Of a DNA stretch of 59,555 nt, positions 19,597 through 28,391 are shown piece by piece. Origin of the DNA: a virus (lineage: Duplodnaviria; Caudoviricetes); IMG/VR virus record IMGVR_UViG_3300050343_000001, positions 1 through 59,555 of that record, one strand, 5' to 3'. A program made the position numbers and the translations under genes. The notes under the pieces were generated by a model. It saw only the letters and a list, made by a program, of their open reading frames with translations. It did not search any database and was not told where the DNA came from. Positions within the stretch are counted from its first letter, which is position 1. Every line of letters begins with the position of its first letter.

Positions 19597-19916
19597 TAGT
19601 TATTTTCCTTCCCTTTTGTGTAGGCTTCTTTACCATAAAATGCGGCAACTATAGCAGCTACAGAAACAAAATACACACCAGCGATAGAAGCTAGCGACTT
19701 CATGGCTTCGTCGAGACTAGCCAAGTTACAAATAATTATTGCAAAAGGGTACAACAACATGCCGAATAATGCAAACCATGCCATCTGTCTTTGGGCATCT
19801 CTTTGAGCATCCTCATCAGCCATTTTAAGACGTTTGTCTTCTAATGCTAATTTATCCCATTCGGCTTGGTCTATTGTACCGCTACCATCTAAATCGGCTT
19901 TGTCAAATTCTGTCAT
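19596..19916 (-). CDS. Two-TM membrane protein with N-terminal EF-hand loop
   Basis: DLDGSGTIDQAE canonical 12-residue loop; two hydrophobic helices. Confidence 0.7.
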   Translation of the reverse strand: MTEFDKADLDGSGTIDQAEWDKLALEDKRLKMADEDAQRDAQRQMAWFALFGMLLYPFAIIICNLASLDEAMKSLASIAGVYFVSVAAIVAAFYGKEAYTKGKENN

Positions 19917-19925
19917 AATAATCTC

Positions 19926-20435
19926 CTAATCTGCAAGGGGGTTGTCTAATGCCCGCTGTAGTTTGCCCATTAATTTATCTTCTAACTCTTTCATATCGCC
20001 ACTTTGGGATACTCTAACACGTTCTCGTTGATTTTCGAAGCGAACTTCTGCGTTATCAATCATAGTACGAACCTTGTCTTCAGATTTACGCACCATATCC
20101 TCTATACGATCTGTCTGTTGTTCTATGCGTAGTATATCATCCTTCAAGCCGTTCTTGATATCACGACTGTACTCCACAGATTCTTCTACCTTATCAGCGA
20201 TACCCGTGACTTTTGCATCCATGACATCCATCGCTTGTTGGTACGCACCTAGGTCTAGCCCTGCGACCTCCTCGATCTTTTGGTACATAACAAACCCACC
20301 GTACAGACCACCTACCACTGTAGATAAGAACGCAAGTATAGCCATGATAGAACCAAACGACATCTTCATGCCACCGGTCTTAAACTCACGATCTGCGAGT
20401 CCATCAATGTTATCGGCTATCTTGGTAGTATCCAT
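19926..20435 (-). CDS. Single-TM coiled-coil protein (possibly spanin-like)
   Basis: One TM helix followed by a long charged coiled coil. Confidence 0.55.
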   Translation of the reverse strand: MDTTKIADNIDGLADREFKTGGMKMSFGSIMAILAFLSTVVGGLYGGFVMYQKIEEVAGLDLGAYQQAMDVMDAKVTGIADKVEESVEYSRDIKNGLKDDILRIEQQTDRIEDMVRKSEDKVRTMIDNAEVRFENQRERVRVSQSGDMKELEDKLMGKLQRALDNPLAD

Positions 20436-20833
20436 TAGTTCTCAAACTCCATCTCTCCACCGGCGTTCTGTAAGTTTTTCAATGCTTCTAGCTCGTCTCG
20501 TAGCTTTTGTATCTCTAGCCTACGTTGCGCTAACTCTATTTGGTAAAGGTCGTCGCAGTTAATACGAGCCTTGGGTTTATCCAAGGGTATGACTATACGT
20601 GCGTACACGCCTATGTCCTTGCCTCTACTCACTGTATTTAGCCCTGATAGTACACCTGTTACGCCATACTCTAAGTTTACACCACCACCTACAGCATTAC
20701 TGCACCGTGTAGTACCTGTTGAAAACGAATCCGATTGATAGTTCATCGGAGGGCTCGGCAACGCAAGAGAAAGAGAGCTACTGTCTGCTACAGCAGAACT
20801 AGATAACAAGCAAAGAGCTAATACTAATCTCAT
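20435..20833 (-). CDS. Secreted protein with amphipathic beta-strands and C-terminal coiled coil
   Basis: Signal peptide MRLVLALCLLSSSAVA; two mature Cys; VNLEYGV and GVYARIVIPL strands. Confidence 0.65.
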   Translation of the reverse strand: MRLVLALCLLSSSAVADSSSLSLALPSPPMNYQSDSFSTGTTRCSNAVGGGVNLEYGVTGVLSGLNTVSRGKDIGVYARIVIPLDKPKARINCDDLYQIELAQRRLEIQKLRDELEALKNLQNAGGEMEFEN

Positions 20834-21216
20834 GCAGGTTCACCATCTAACCTTGAGCATATCCTAGAAGATATAAGAGTTCTTGATTGGTTAGTCTTCC
20901 TTACCTTTGACGTTGTGCATAGGTATACAGCTTCGGGCATATCTCTTTTTCTTATGTAGACATCAAAAGCTTTATGCTCTTTGTACTCAACTTTCATAAT
21001 CCTATACGTTGTAGAAAAAGGTATATTCATCCAGTTTAAATCAAACAAATCAATCTGGTAATACCTTATCTCTTCTCTTGAATTAAAGAGAGACATCTCT
21101 ACCTTAACCACGTCCTTGACGTGAGACATCTTTACTTCTGGGTATGCGGGGGTCATCTCATGCGGAATTGCACAAGTCCCCCAAACCAAAAAGGCTATGG
21201 TTATCCTACTTAGCAA
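20830..21216 (-). CDS. Secreted beta-rich protein, possibly pilus chaperone/assembly-like
   Basis: Signal-like N-terminus, alternating beta pattern, C-terminal Cys pair; directly follows the pilin-like gene. Confidence 0.5.
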   Translation of the reverse strand: MLSRITIAFLVWGTCAIPHEMTPAYPEVKMSHVKDVVKVEMSLFNSREEIRYYQIDLFDLNWMNIPFSTTYRIMKVEYKEHKAFDVYIRKRDMPEAVYLCTTSKVRKTNQSRTLISSRICSRLDGEPA

Positions 21217-21694
21217 TGCAACTTGCCTGCACTACTGCCGTGTAATTGCCACCGGGTAAGGGTTTAGCTGAACCATACGTAGCACTAGAAGCAGTAGAGA
21301 ACCACGTCGATCCTGCTAGTGTTAAGTTGAAGTTTGTAGTGTTTCCCACAACTGTCTTAGCGGCTTCGTAGGCTGACATCCCAGAGACAGACGTTTGTGT
21401 AACGCTTGTGCTACCTGTCCATGCAACTGTGTCAGATAAGGAAGGCGATGAGCTAAAAGCTGTTGGGTGTGTTATACTAGCTATATAAGCATCTGCTATT
21501 GAAACGTCATACCTCATTATAGGTAGGACACCTCCGTCTGCAGGGGTAGTGCTTAACTTACTAGCAATAGGGTTGCCGTACGCCCCTGCTTTAGTTGTTT
21601 GAATAACACATTTAGCTTCTACGCTACCTGTGATCTCGACGTTAGCTAATGCAGGAAACGCGAATAGCGAAAGTATCGCAATAGAATATTTCAT
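21206..21694 (-). CDS. Fimbrial/pilin-like secreted subunit
   Basis: Signal peptide ending ALA; mature start NVEITGSVEAKC; C-terminal PGGNYTAVVQASC resembling a chaperone-usher pilin last strand; start reassigned to MKYS. Confidence 0.6.
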   Translation of the reverse strand: MKYSIAILSLFAFPALANVEITGSVEAKCVIQTTKAGAYGNPIASKLSTTPADGGVLPIMRYDVSIADAYIASITHPTAFSSSPSLSDTVAWTGSTSVTQTSVSGMSAYEAAKTVVGNTTNFNLTLAGSTWFSTASSATYGSAKPLPGGNYTAVVQASCIAK

Positions 21695-21702
21695 ATTAAA
21701 CC

Positions 21703-22575
21703 TCATTTGTTATACTGCATATCGACCATTTGTTCGTGCAGAATCTGTTGTGCTAAGTTATTACGCAAGGCTTTCTTGTTGTCAGCTATCTCTGAATCAG
21801 CAAGACCGGGGGCGTCAGCATACACGCCTCCATTGATAGACGCATTGTAGTACATAGCTATATTAGTCTGTTGGTTAATAGCCATAATAATGTCATCTTG
21901 TCCTTGTGTCTTAAACAGGGTCAGTGCATTGGCAGATGCAGTCAAACCCATTTCAATCCTATTCTCTTCCTCTTCCTCTTCTTCAGAAAGTATCAGATTG
22001 CCATCTTCATCATACTGAAAGTCTGTATCCGCGTCTATAGCAGCCATAGCATCTTCATCTTCTAGTACATCATACAGCTCAACTACGGGTATTACAGGTA
22101 TAGGTTTGACATATCCCGGACATGCAGGGTTAGATTGTTCGTCGTAACATTCGTCTATTCTATAGCTATATATAACCATAGCATCTTCGACCGTACCTTC
22201 CCCTTCAATGTCAATCGAACCCGTACCCCATTGGGGAGCTGGAATATTCGATAAAGGAAATGATCTAACGATAGTGTTACCGGGAACTCCTGACCAATCG
22301 TCTGTTTTTCGAAAGATATAGCCACCGCCATCAACATTCTTGTTGCCAACGTGGACTTTCATATCATCTTCAGGGTTCTTCACAGTGGTATATCTATACA
22401 GGAGACCATTGATATCAATCCCGGGAATATCCGGTAAAACGGAACCCATGCTCCAGCTCAGTGCTGTGGACGCCGCGTTCCCTGTTGCCCCGTAGCTATA
22501 GGGGTCACAAGAAGAGTAAGAAGGCCAAAGTGCTAATAATAACACTAAGACCTGTTTTTGTTTCAACGTTTTCAT
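21703..22575 (-). CDS. Secreted protein with acidic linker
   Basis: Signal-like N-terminus, beta-rich domain, C...PACPGY, Asp/Glu tract. Confidence 0.6.
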   Translation of the reverse strand: MKTLKQKQVLVLLLALWPSYSSCDPYSYGATGNAASTALSWSMGSVLPDIPGIDINGLLYRYTTVKNPEDDMKVHVGNKNVDGGGYIFRKTDDWSGVPGNTIVRSFPLSNIPAPQWGTGSIDIEGEGTVEDAMVIYSYRIDECYDEQSNPACPGYVKPIPVIPVVELYDVLEDEDAMAAIDADTDFQYDEDGNLILSEEEEEEENRIEMGLTASANALTLFKTQGQDDIIMAINQQTNIAMYYNASINGGVYADAPGLADSEIADNKKALRNNLAQQILHEQMVDMQYNK

Positions 22576-23071
22576 TGAAAATCTTTCTCATTGGGTTGTT
22601 CTGTTCGCGTTGAATAGTTTGCTCAACAGCTTCCATTTCCCATGCTAGCCTAGCTTTATCCCCCACCAACCCATCCTTGGGGCAGGGCGTCCCCGCGTTG
22701 AGCATGGCTTCAAACACGCGAGAATCTTGGCACATTACAGATACCGCTGCCACTTTCATACCCATATCATACATGGTTTTGGCGTTCTTTAACTTTTCAC
22801 AGTTCATATCCCGTACAGTTCTACCTGCGGATATACCTAGTATTTGTGTTTGCACAGCACCAGCAACGCCTACAGTACATAAGTCAGAGTTACTTGCGCT
22901 AATCTGGGGTGATATAGCAGAAGGTGGTGGACTATTAATTGTAGTGTCCATCGTGCCGCTAGAAGTGACTGTGCTTTCCGACTTAATTGTGTCGTCTTCG
23001 TTAGCAGGGACAACGTTACCTATAGCAAGACCTGCAACAAAGAAGAGTATCGCTATAAATAAACGTTTCAT
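22505..23071 (-). CDS. Secreted, C-terminally membrane-anchored Cys-containing protein
   Basis: Signal peptide, four Cys, hydrophobic C-terminus. Confidence 0.65.
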   Translation of the reverse strand: MKRLFIAILFFVAGLAIGNVVPANEDDTIKSESTVTSSGTMDTTINSPPPSAISPQISASNSDLCTVGVAGAVQTQILGISAGRTVRDMNCEKLKNAKTMYDMGMKVAAVSVMCQDSRVFEAMLNAGTPCPKDGLVGDKARLAWEMEAVEQTIQREQNNPMRKIFNENVETKTGLSVIISTLAFLLFL

Positions 23072-23304
23072 TTTCTTTCCACCAGTCTGTCTAGCTTTTC
23101 TTCTATCTTGTCAAATTTACTCATTATTTGACCAAGCACTTGGTTAGAGTCGTACTTAGTGACGTACTCTTTAGCTAGTTCTTCTCGAGTTCTGTTAAGT
23201 AGGATAGTTACCCGCTTGACTTCTTCATGGTGGGATTTAATCCACCACACCAAAAAACCGCCCCCTGCGGTTAAGCCAATATTCCAAATTGCAGCCATCT
23301 CCAC
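23068..23304 (-). CDS. Small TM plus coiled-coil protein
   Basis: N-terminal hydrophobic helix; ATGA overlap with the next gene. Confidence 0.6.
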   Translation of the reverse strand: MEMAAIWNIGLTAGGGFLVWWIKSHHEEVKRVTILLNRTREELAKEYVTKYDSNQVLGQIMSKFDKIEEKLDRLVERK

Positions 23305-23383
23305 TAGAATACGCCCCCGCCAGCAGGTTTCGGCGCAGTGATCGGCACAGATATATCTTTACGTTCAGGTGTTGTTTTATCAG

Positions 23384-23635
23384 TCATACTACTATCCTTA
23401 GTTCTCCAGTTGCGGTCTTATATACATCATTAACCGCAAGACCACCAGACACGGCGGCCGCATTGTTTGCGTAGACGGAAAGTCCGGTCAAGTTAAGCGT
23501 ACTAGCCCTACTCGGACCGGGGTTCTGCTGCTGTTGTGCATACAAGGCAAACGCTCTTGTAACTTGCGCCATGTAGGACTGCGTGTACTCTTGAGGAGCA
23601 TCAGCGAAGAATGGTATTGTTGTTTGTTGGGCCAT
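23384..23635 (-). CDS. Hypothetical virion-module protein (start reassigned to MAQQ)
   Basis: GGAGG RBS and TAATG coupling with the upstream gene. Confidence 0.6.
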   Translation of the reverse strand: MAQQTTIPFFADAPQEYTQSYMAQVTRAFALYAQQQQNPGPSRASTLNLTGLSVYANNAAAVSGGLAVNDVYKTATGELRIVV

Positions 23636-25491
23636 TACCGCCTCCCATCTGTACGCATATCTGCGCGTGGTGTGCCAAGTCTCCACTGCGTTCCAAGAGT
23701 ATTCGAGGAAACTTTCAAGGCCATAGATCGGCCCCGTAACCGGAAGAACAACTGCTCCGTAAACTGTTCGACGGGTGCTATTGATGTACGTACTGCGCTA
23801 CCAGAATTTGTCTGATCGAAGCTGGCTCCGGGGAAGTCCCTCGCACTTACTTCAAACGTAGCCTGTGGAGTAGACGTGGAGTTTCGGAATGTCAGGTCTG
23901 GTAAAACCCTTGACATAAACATAAATTGATCTCCGTCACCCATATCTATAGAACTAGATTCTATGTAGCTACTTATCGGGCTAGGTGGGTTGGTACTTCC
24001 GTCGTCTACACCGTTTTCTTGGAAATATAAGTACCCATCGGGTGAAGCAGCGATAGGTAAATTAGAAACAGCATTATCGAACCACGCAGTGCGGGGTAGA
24101 GTCCCGTAATACCAACTGTTTTCTACATAGTTAAATACAACGTAGCTATCGTTTGTTTGGCTAGTAGCTGAAGGATAAAACCACCATATCTCATTAAACT
24201 TACTATTGGCTGCAGCAGTGACTTTAGAACGTTGTGGAATGTTCATGTTTTCAAATACATATTCTTCTATAGGGCATGGTATAGGTTGTACGTTACCGTC
24301 ATACTTGTAAAATACTTGATCGCCCATCCAATACACTGCATCTCCAAAAGCAACAGCAGCGTTTTGCCCTGCGATAGACGTGTTTGTGGAGACTTCAGTA
24401 AGGCCAAAAGTAAACGGAGCACCAATAAATTGCATCGAAGACACGGAACGATCTGTAAAAATTATAACTTGTTGCTTTGTTTGTACTGCAGCTATAATTT
24501 CAGACCCGGTACCAATGCGTAGCTCTCCAGCAGTGTTAGTTGACGTTGCCGCCCAATCAGTAAAACTCTCTTGGTCAGAAAAACGTATAGTTAAAGGGTC
24601 AAGGTTTCCGGGATCACCTTGTGGGTCACAACCAAATGCAATGACGTGTCTATCTCTTTCAGAAACAAGAACAATATTAGCAACTTGAGGTTGATTGCTA
24701 CCACTTAAAGTAGTTATATCTACAGCACGGGAAGAAGTACCTGTAGAAGTATCCCAATAATAAATACCCCCGCCCCGTACATTTGCTAATAAATCTTCTC
24801 CGAAGTTGTCCATAGACCATAAACGAAGTTGCGCACCCGGAATTGTTACGTCGGCTGGAGAGTTCCATGTACTACGCCCCCAAACGCCCGCACCCCATCC
24901 ACTACCAGTAGCGGGAGATTCTAATCCTGTGTTTATTTGGTAAACACCTACTACGGAACTCCCACCATTCCCTGTATCTGAAGAATTAGCCGTAGCTGAA
25001 ACGGTAATAGTGTAGGAATTAGCATTTATAATAGAAGTTACCTGATACTCTTTGTTTAGTACTGCGGCGGTTATAGCTCCCCCAAGGCTGGCAGCCCCGG
25101 AAAACGTAACGAAATCATTTAAAAAAACGGCGTTGCTTGCATCTGAAACAGTAATTGTAGAAGAGCCATTTGTAGCCGCAAAGGTAACATCCCCTGCAGA
25201 AGTAGTTTGTCTGATAGGCGTAATGTCTACAGGGCTATTGCCGTCTAAAACATATAGTTTTAAATTAGTACCCGCTGAAACAAACCTTGTACCCGCCAAA
25301 GAAGTCCACGCATGCAGGTCGCGGCAAATACCAAGCATAACTGAGTTTGTGTACTGAGTCCAACCACCTATAGTTTCGGGGAAACCCAAACGAAAACGGA
25401 TTTTATCCCCGTCACGCCAACCGCCTTCGTTAGTGTAATCAGTTGTATCCCTTACAATCCCGGGGCGAAACTGGAGTTTTTGTAGTGGCAT
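23635..25491 (-). CDS. Tail nozzle/stabilisation protein (P22 gp10 / tail tubular B-like)
   Basis: Beta-propeller-like sequence, IRFSDQES..DW..TSTNTAG, EIWWFYPS. Confidence 0.7.
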   Translation of the reverse strand: MPLQKLQFRPGIVRDTTDYTNEGGWRDGDKIRFRLGFPETIGGWTQYTNSVMLGICRDLHAWTSLAGTRFVSAGTNLKLYVLDGNSPVDITPIRQTTSAGDVTFAATNGSSTITVSDASNAVFLNDFVTFSGAASLGGAITAAVLNKEYQVTSIINANSYTITVSATANSSDTGNGGSSVVGVYQINTGLESPATGSGWGAGVWGRSTWNSPADVTIPGAQLRLWSMDNFGEDLLANVRGGGIYYWDTSTGTSSRAVDITTLSGSNQPQVANIVLVSERDRHVIAFGCDPQGDPGNLDPLTIRFSDQESFTDWAATSTNTAGELRIGTGSEIIAAVQTKQQVIIFTDRSVSSMQFIGAPFTFGLTEVSTNTSIAGQNAAVAFGDAVYWMGDQVFYKYDGNVQPIPCPIEEYVFENMNIPQRSKVTAAANSKFNEIWWFYPSATSQTNDSYVVFNYVENSWYYGTLPRTAWFDNAVSNLPIAASPDGYLYFQENGVDDGSTNPPSPISSYIESSSIDMGDGDQFMFMSRVLPDLTFRNSTSTPQATFEVSARDFPGASFDQTNSGSAVRTSIAPVEQFTEQLFFRLRGRSMALKVSSNTLGTQWRLGTPRADMRTDGRR

Positions 25492-25512
25492 TATAAACCT
25501 CCAACGAGATAG

Positions 25513-26301
25513 TTATGAAATAGTTCCATTAGTAGTTATATCACCCGATGCTATTAAGTTGCCGGAGCTATCTACACGAAGAACATTTGTGCCGTTATAA
25601 GCAAAGGTTAAATTTGTTCCCGCCGCTGTTACTGTCCAGCTTTGTGTGCCACCTGTTATTGTGATAGTACCACCAAGGGTAGGGTTTGAAGAGGGTGCTT
25701 TAGTGTTAAGTTGTGTTTGTACGTTGGATGTGACCCCGTCAACGTAGTTAATTTCAGCTGCTGTAGCTGTAACACCATCCATTATGTTTAACTCTGCGGC
25801 AGTTGCAGTGACCCCGTCTAGTATATTGAGTTCTGCCGCCGTAGAAGTGACAGTTACGCCTCCTACTATCAGTGCGCCAAGGTCCAAAGAGCCCGTAACA
25901 TCTACAACAGCTGCACCTGCACCTGCCCCATCACAGTATATAACCTTAGTTGTACCTGTTAATACATTGACATTTGCCCCAGAACCTTGAGTAAATACAG
26001 CTGTTTGGCCGCTATTGTTCTTAACAATGTATATATGTTGTCCGTTATTTGGGGATACAGTCACCGTATTGGTACCTGAAGGAGACCCTCCAAGCACGAG
26101 GGTTTTATACTGTCCATCCGAGAGAGCGCCGTCACTAATCGCTAGAGTATGTGTTGTACCAGATAAAGTAATAGCACCGACACCGTTTGTTAAGCGGTCT
26201 ATAATGCTCATGTTATCGTTTACGGTGTTGCCCCATGTAGCGGACTGTTCTCCGCTGGCTGGAAGCTCAATGCCACCGTTGTCTGTGTATGTACTAGGCA
26301 T
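25513..26301 (-). CDS. Tail fibre/structural protein with AELNxxDGVT repeats
   Basis: Three AE(L/I)NxxDGVT repeats; tail-module position. Confidence 0.65.
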   Translation of the reverse strand: MPSTYTDNGGIELPASGEQSATWGNTVNDNMSIIDRLTNGVGAITLSGTTHTLAISDGALSDGQYKTLVLGGSPSGTNTVTVSPNNGQHIYIVKNNSGQTAVFTQGSGANVNVLTGTTKVIYCDGAGAGAAVVDVTGSLDLGALIVGGVTVTSTAAELNILDGVTATAAELNIMDGVTATAAEINYVDGVTSNVQTQLNTKAPSSNPTLGGTITITGGTQSWTVTAAGTNLTFAYNGTNVLRVDSSGNLIASGDITTNGTIS

Positions 26302-26310
26302 TGTTCATCC

Positions 26311-26946
26311 TTACGCTGCTATTCTTGTCCATATTGTACCGGGATCAGGTTTAATCCTACCCCATACAAGTGCTTGTCCAACGGTTCCTGTAGCTGATAC
26401 TCCAGTAGTAGTTACCAATGCTGCGGCCGTCGTTGTTACAGAGCCTACACTACCTGTAGCTAAAACTCCAGTAACATCCGCACCTGCACCTGCTTGGCCT
26501 TGTGCGCTGCCCACAGACATAGTTCCAGCTACACCGGTTACGGAGAATGTAGCGTTAGAGATAGTAGAAACACTAGGGGTATTCGTAGTACCCGCAAGTC
26601 CCGTAGGGCTAATAACCGAGGCGTTTATTATAGTAACAGTGCCCAGCGACCCAGTAGCCGCAACGCCTGTAAGTGTAAGCTCTAAGTCTGTAGAAGCTAT
26701 AACTGTGCCTAGACCACTTACCATAGCGTTTGGAGATGTGATTACAGGTGTTCCGCCAGCGTCTACTGCCACGCCACCGATTGTTGCAGAACCTTGCACT
26801 GAGCCAAGAGTTAACCCGCTCTGATTCCCCGTAACTGATACCGTACCAACAGCCCCAGTACTAACAACGCCTGTAGCAACAAATAGCTGTTCCCCACTAC
26901 CTACATCGGAAAAGGCTGCAGCTGAATATGGGGAAAATCCTAACAT
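26311..26946 (-). CDS. Gly/Thr/Val-rich virion structural protein
   Basis: Repeated TGVxATGxVG units. Confidence 0.6.
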   Translation of the reverse strand: MLGFSPYSAAAFSDVGSGEQLFVATGVVSTGAVGTVSVTGNQSGLTLGSVQGSATIGGVAVDAGGTPVITSPNAMVSGLGTVIASTDLELTLTGVAATGSLGTVTIINASVISPTGLAGTTNTPSVSTISNATFSVTGVAGTMSVGSAQGQAGAGADVTGVLATGSVGSVTTTAAALVTTTGVSATGTVGQALVWGRIKPDPGTIWTRIAA

Positions 26947-26947
26947 G

Positions 26948-28108
26948 TTATGTTAATCCAAGTCCTTTAGTGTTTTGAGAGAACGAACCCTCCCACCAGT
27001 TTTTATACAACGCTTCAAAATGTTCGGTCATAACAGGGGGCAGTTTAAATACGTCAGAATACGAACCTGTACTACTAGGCTCTTTCGAGTTTTTAATCAT
27101 GTAATCCAAGCTAGGGTCTGCATTTTCCATACATTTTATACCTCTTTCTTTAGCGTAGGACCAAAAGTCACTTTTGAAAGAAGACCCCGATGCGTAGTGC
27201 AACATTATAATGTTTTCGCAGGCGTCTAAATTAGCGTGATATCTAAGGTTCGATAGCTCTAAAGAAGTATTCCCAAACCATCTTTGAACCGCCATAGTAT
27301 TAACATTGTCTACAGTAGCGAACGAAGTAGCTTCAAGAGGTTCTAAAAAGAAAGAAGCATTGCCGTTATACACAATATTGTCTTTAAAATTACTCTTACG
27401 CCTATAGTTAGAAAAGCTAAATGAGTTAGTATCCCCATTAGGCACTAAGTTATATTCGTTTAATATAACCTCTACATCCGCTTTAACTTCTTCTAAAGTA
27501 TTTATATCTTTATTGTACATATACCCTACAGAGCAGCGGTTTTTAAGGGGTATACCAAACACCCAACCATAAGGTCTTGCGATAGCTAATGTCTCACTAA
27601 ACCGTGGATATTCCCAAGAACACTGTGTTACATGTACGGCGTTTACAGGAATATACTTTGACATCTCAAAGTCTTCAAAAGAGGAAGGTCTGCCAGAACA
27701 GTCAATAATATAGTCTGCATCTATGTCATCTGAAGATACGTTAGCTTCTTTTATAGACACTGAATCTTTTAACTTATCATAGACAAAACCCTGCAATAGA
27801 GTTGCATCAAAATGCAAAGCCGTTGAAGGGCTCGGGAAGTCATGGATAAAAGGCTTTCGTTTACTCCCCCAACCTTCTTTATAGATACCTGTCTTTACAG
27901 TCGCGCCTACAGAATCAAAATGTCTTGGCGAAAAGTTTAAAGAATCGTTAAGCCTATTAGGTAGATTTAAAGTTGACCCTTCGCCTACAGCCTGCGGTTT
28001 TATAGAAGGGTCAAAGTACCACTCTATTTCGTCCGCATTTATCCATCTTTTGCAGTGCGCGGCTGTCATACATCCCGCTGTACCTTTACCTATTATAGCA
28101 ACCTTCAA
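26948..28108 (-). CDS. Flavin-dependent (tryptophan) halogenase-like protein; likely TTG start at 28108
   Basis: KVAIIGKGTAG, VGEGS, ATVKTGI (catalytic Lys position), IDCSG, GWVFGIP, FLEPLEATS. Confidence 0.8.
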   Translation of the reverse strand: MKVAIIGKGTAGCMTAAHCKRWINADEIEWYFDPSIKPQAVGEGSTLNLPNRLNDSLNFSPRHFDSVGATVKTGIYKEGWGSKRKPFIHDFPSPSTALHFDATLLQGFVYDKLKDSVSIKEANVSSDDIDADYIIDCSGRPSSFEDFEMSKYIPVNAVHVTQCSWEYPRFSETLAIARPYGWVFGIPLKNRCSVGYMYNKDINTLEEVKADVEVILNEYNLVPNGDTNSFSFSNYRRKSNFKDNIVYNGNASFFLEPLEATSFATVDNVNTMAVQRWFGNTSLELSNLRYHANLDACENIIMLHYASGSSFKSDFWSYAKERGIKCMENADPSLDYMIKNSKEPSSTGSYSDVFKLPPVMTEHFEALYKNWWEGSFSQNTKGLGLT

Positions 28109-28377
28109 TCCATCATCCCCGCGCCAAGGAGCATCCATTTTTCCCACTCCCACTCTGTGAAATAATCATCATCTAGGCCATTAAGGAAATTAAGTTGGTT
28201 TTGGGGTATATCCCTTAGTTTTTGACGGAACTGATTCCATCGCTCATCAGGGTTTCTATCAGGCATGATAATCGCATCTGTTTTTTTCAGCATATTATTT
28301 CTATTAACACGAAACTGTGCGGTAAGATTGTTAATCTCTGTTTCAGTGAGGTTCCAAACATTGTCAAAGTCGCTCAT
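28105..28377 (-). CDS. Tail fibre assembly chaperone-like protein
   Basis: RVNRNNMLKKTD...PD...W..FRQKLRDIPQ pattern directly after a fibre gene. Confidence 0.75.
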   Translation of the reverse strand: MSDFDNVWNLTETEINNLTAQFRVNRNNMLKKTDAIIMPDRNPDERWNQFRQKLRDIPQNQLNFLNGLDDDYFTEWEWEKWMLLGAGMMD

Positions 28378-28391
28378 TTTCTATCTCCCTA

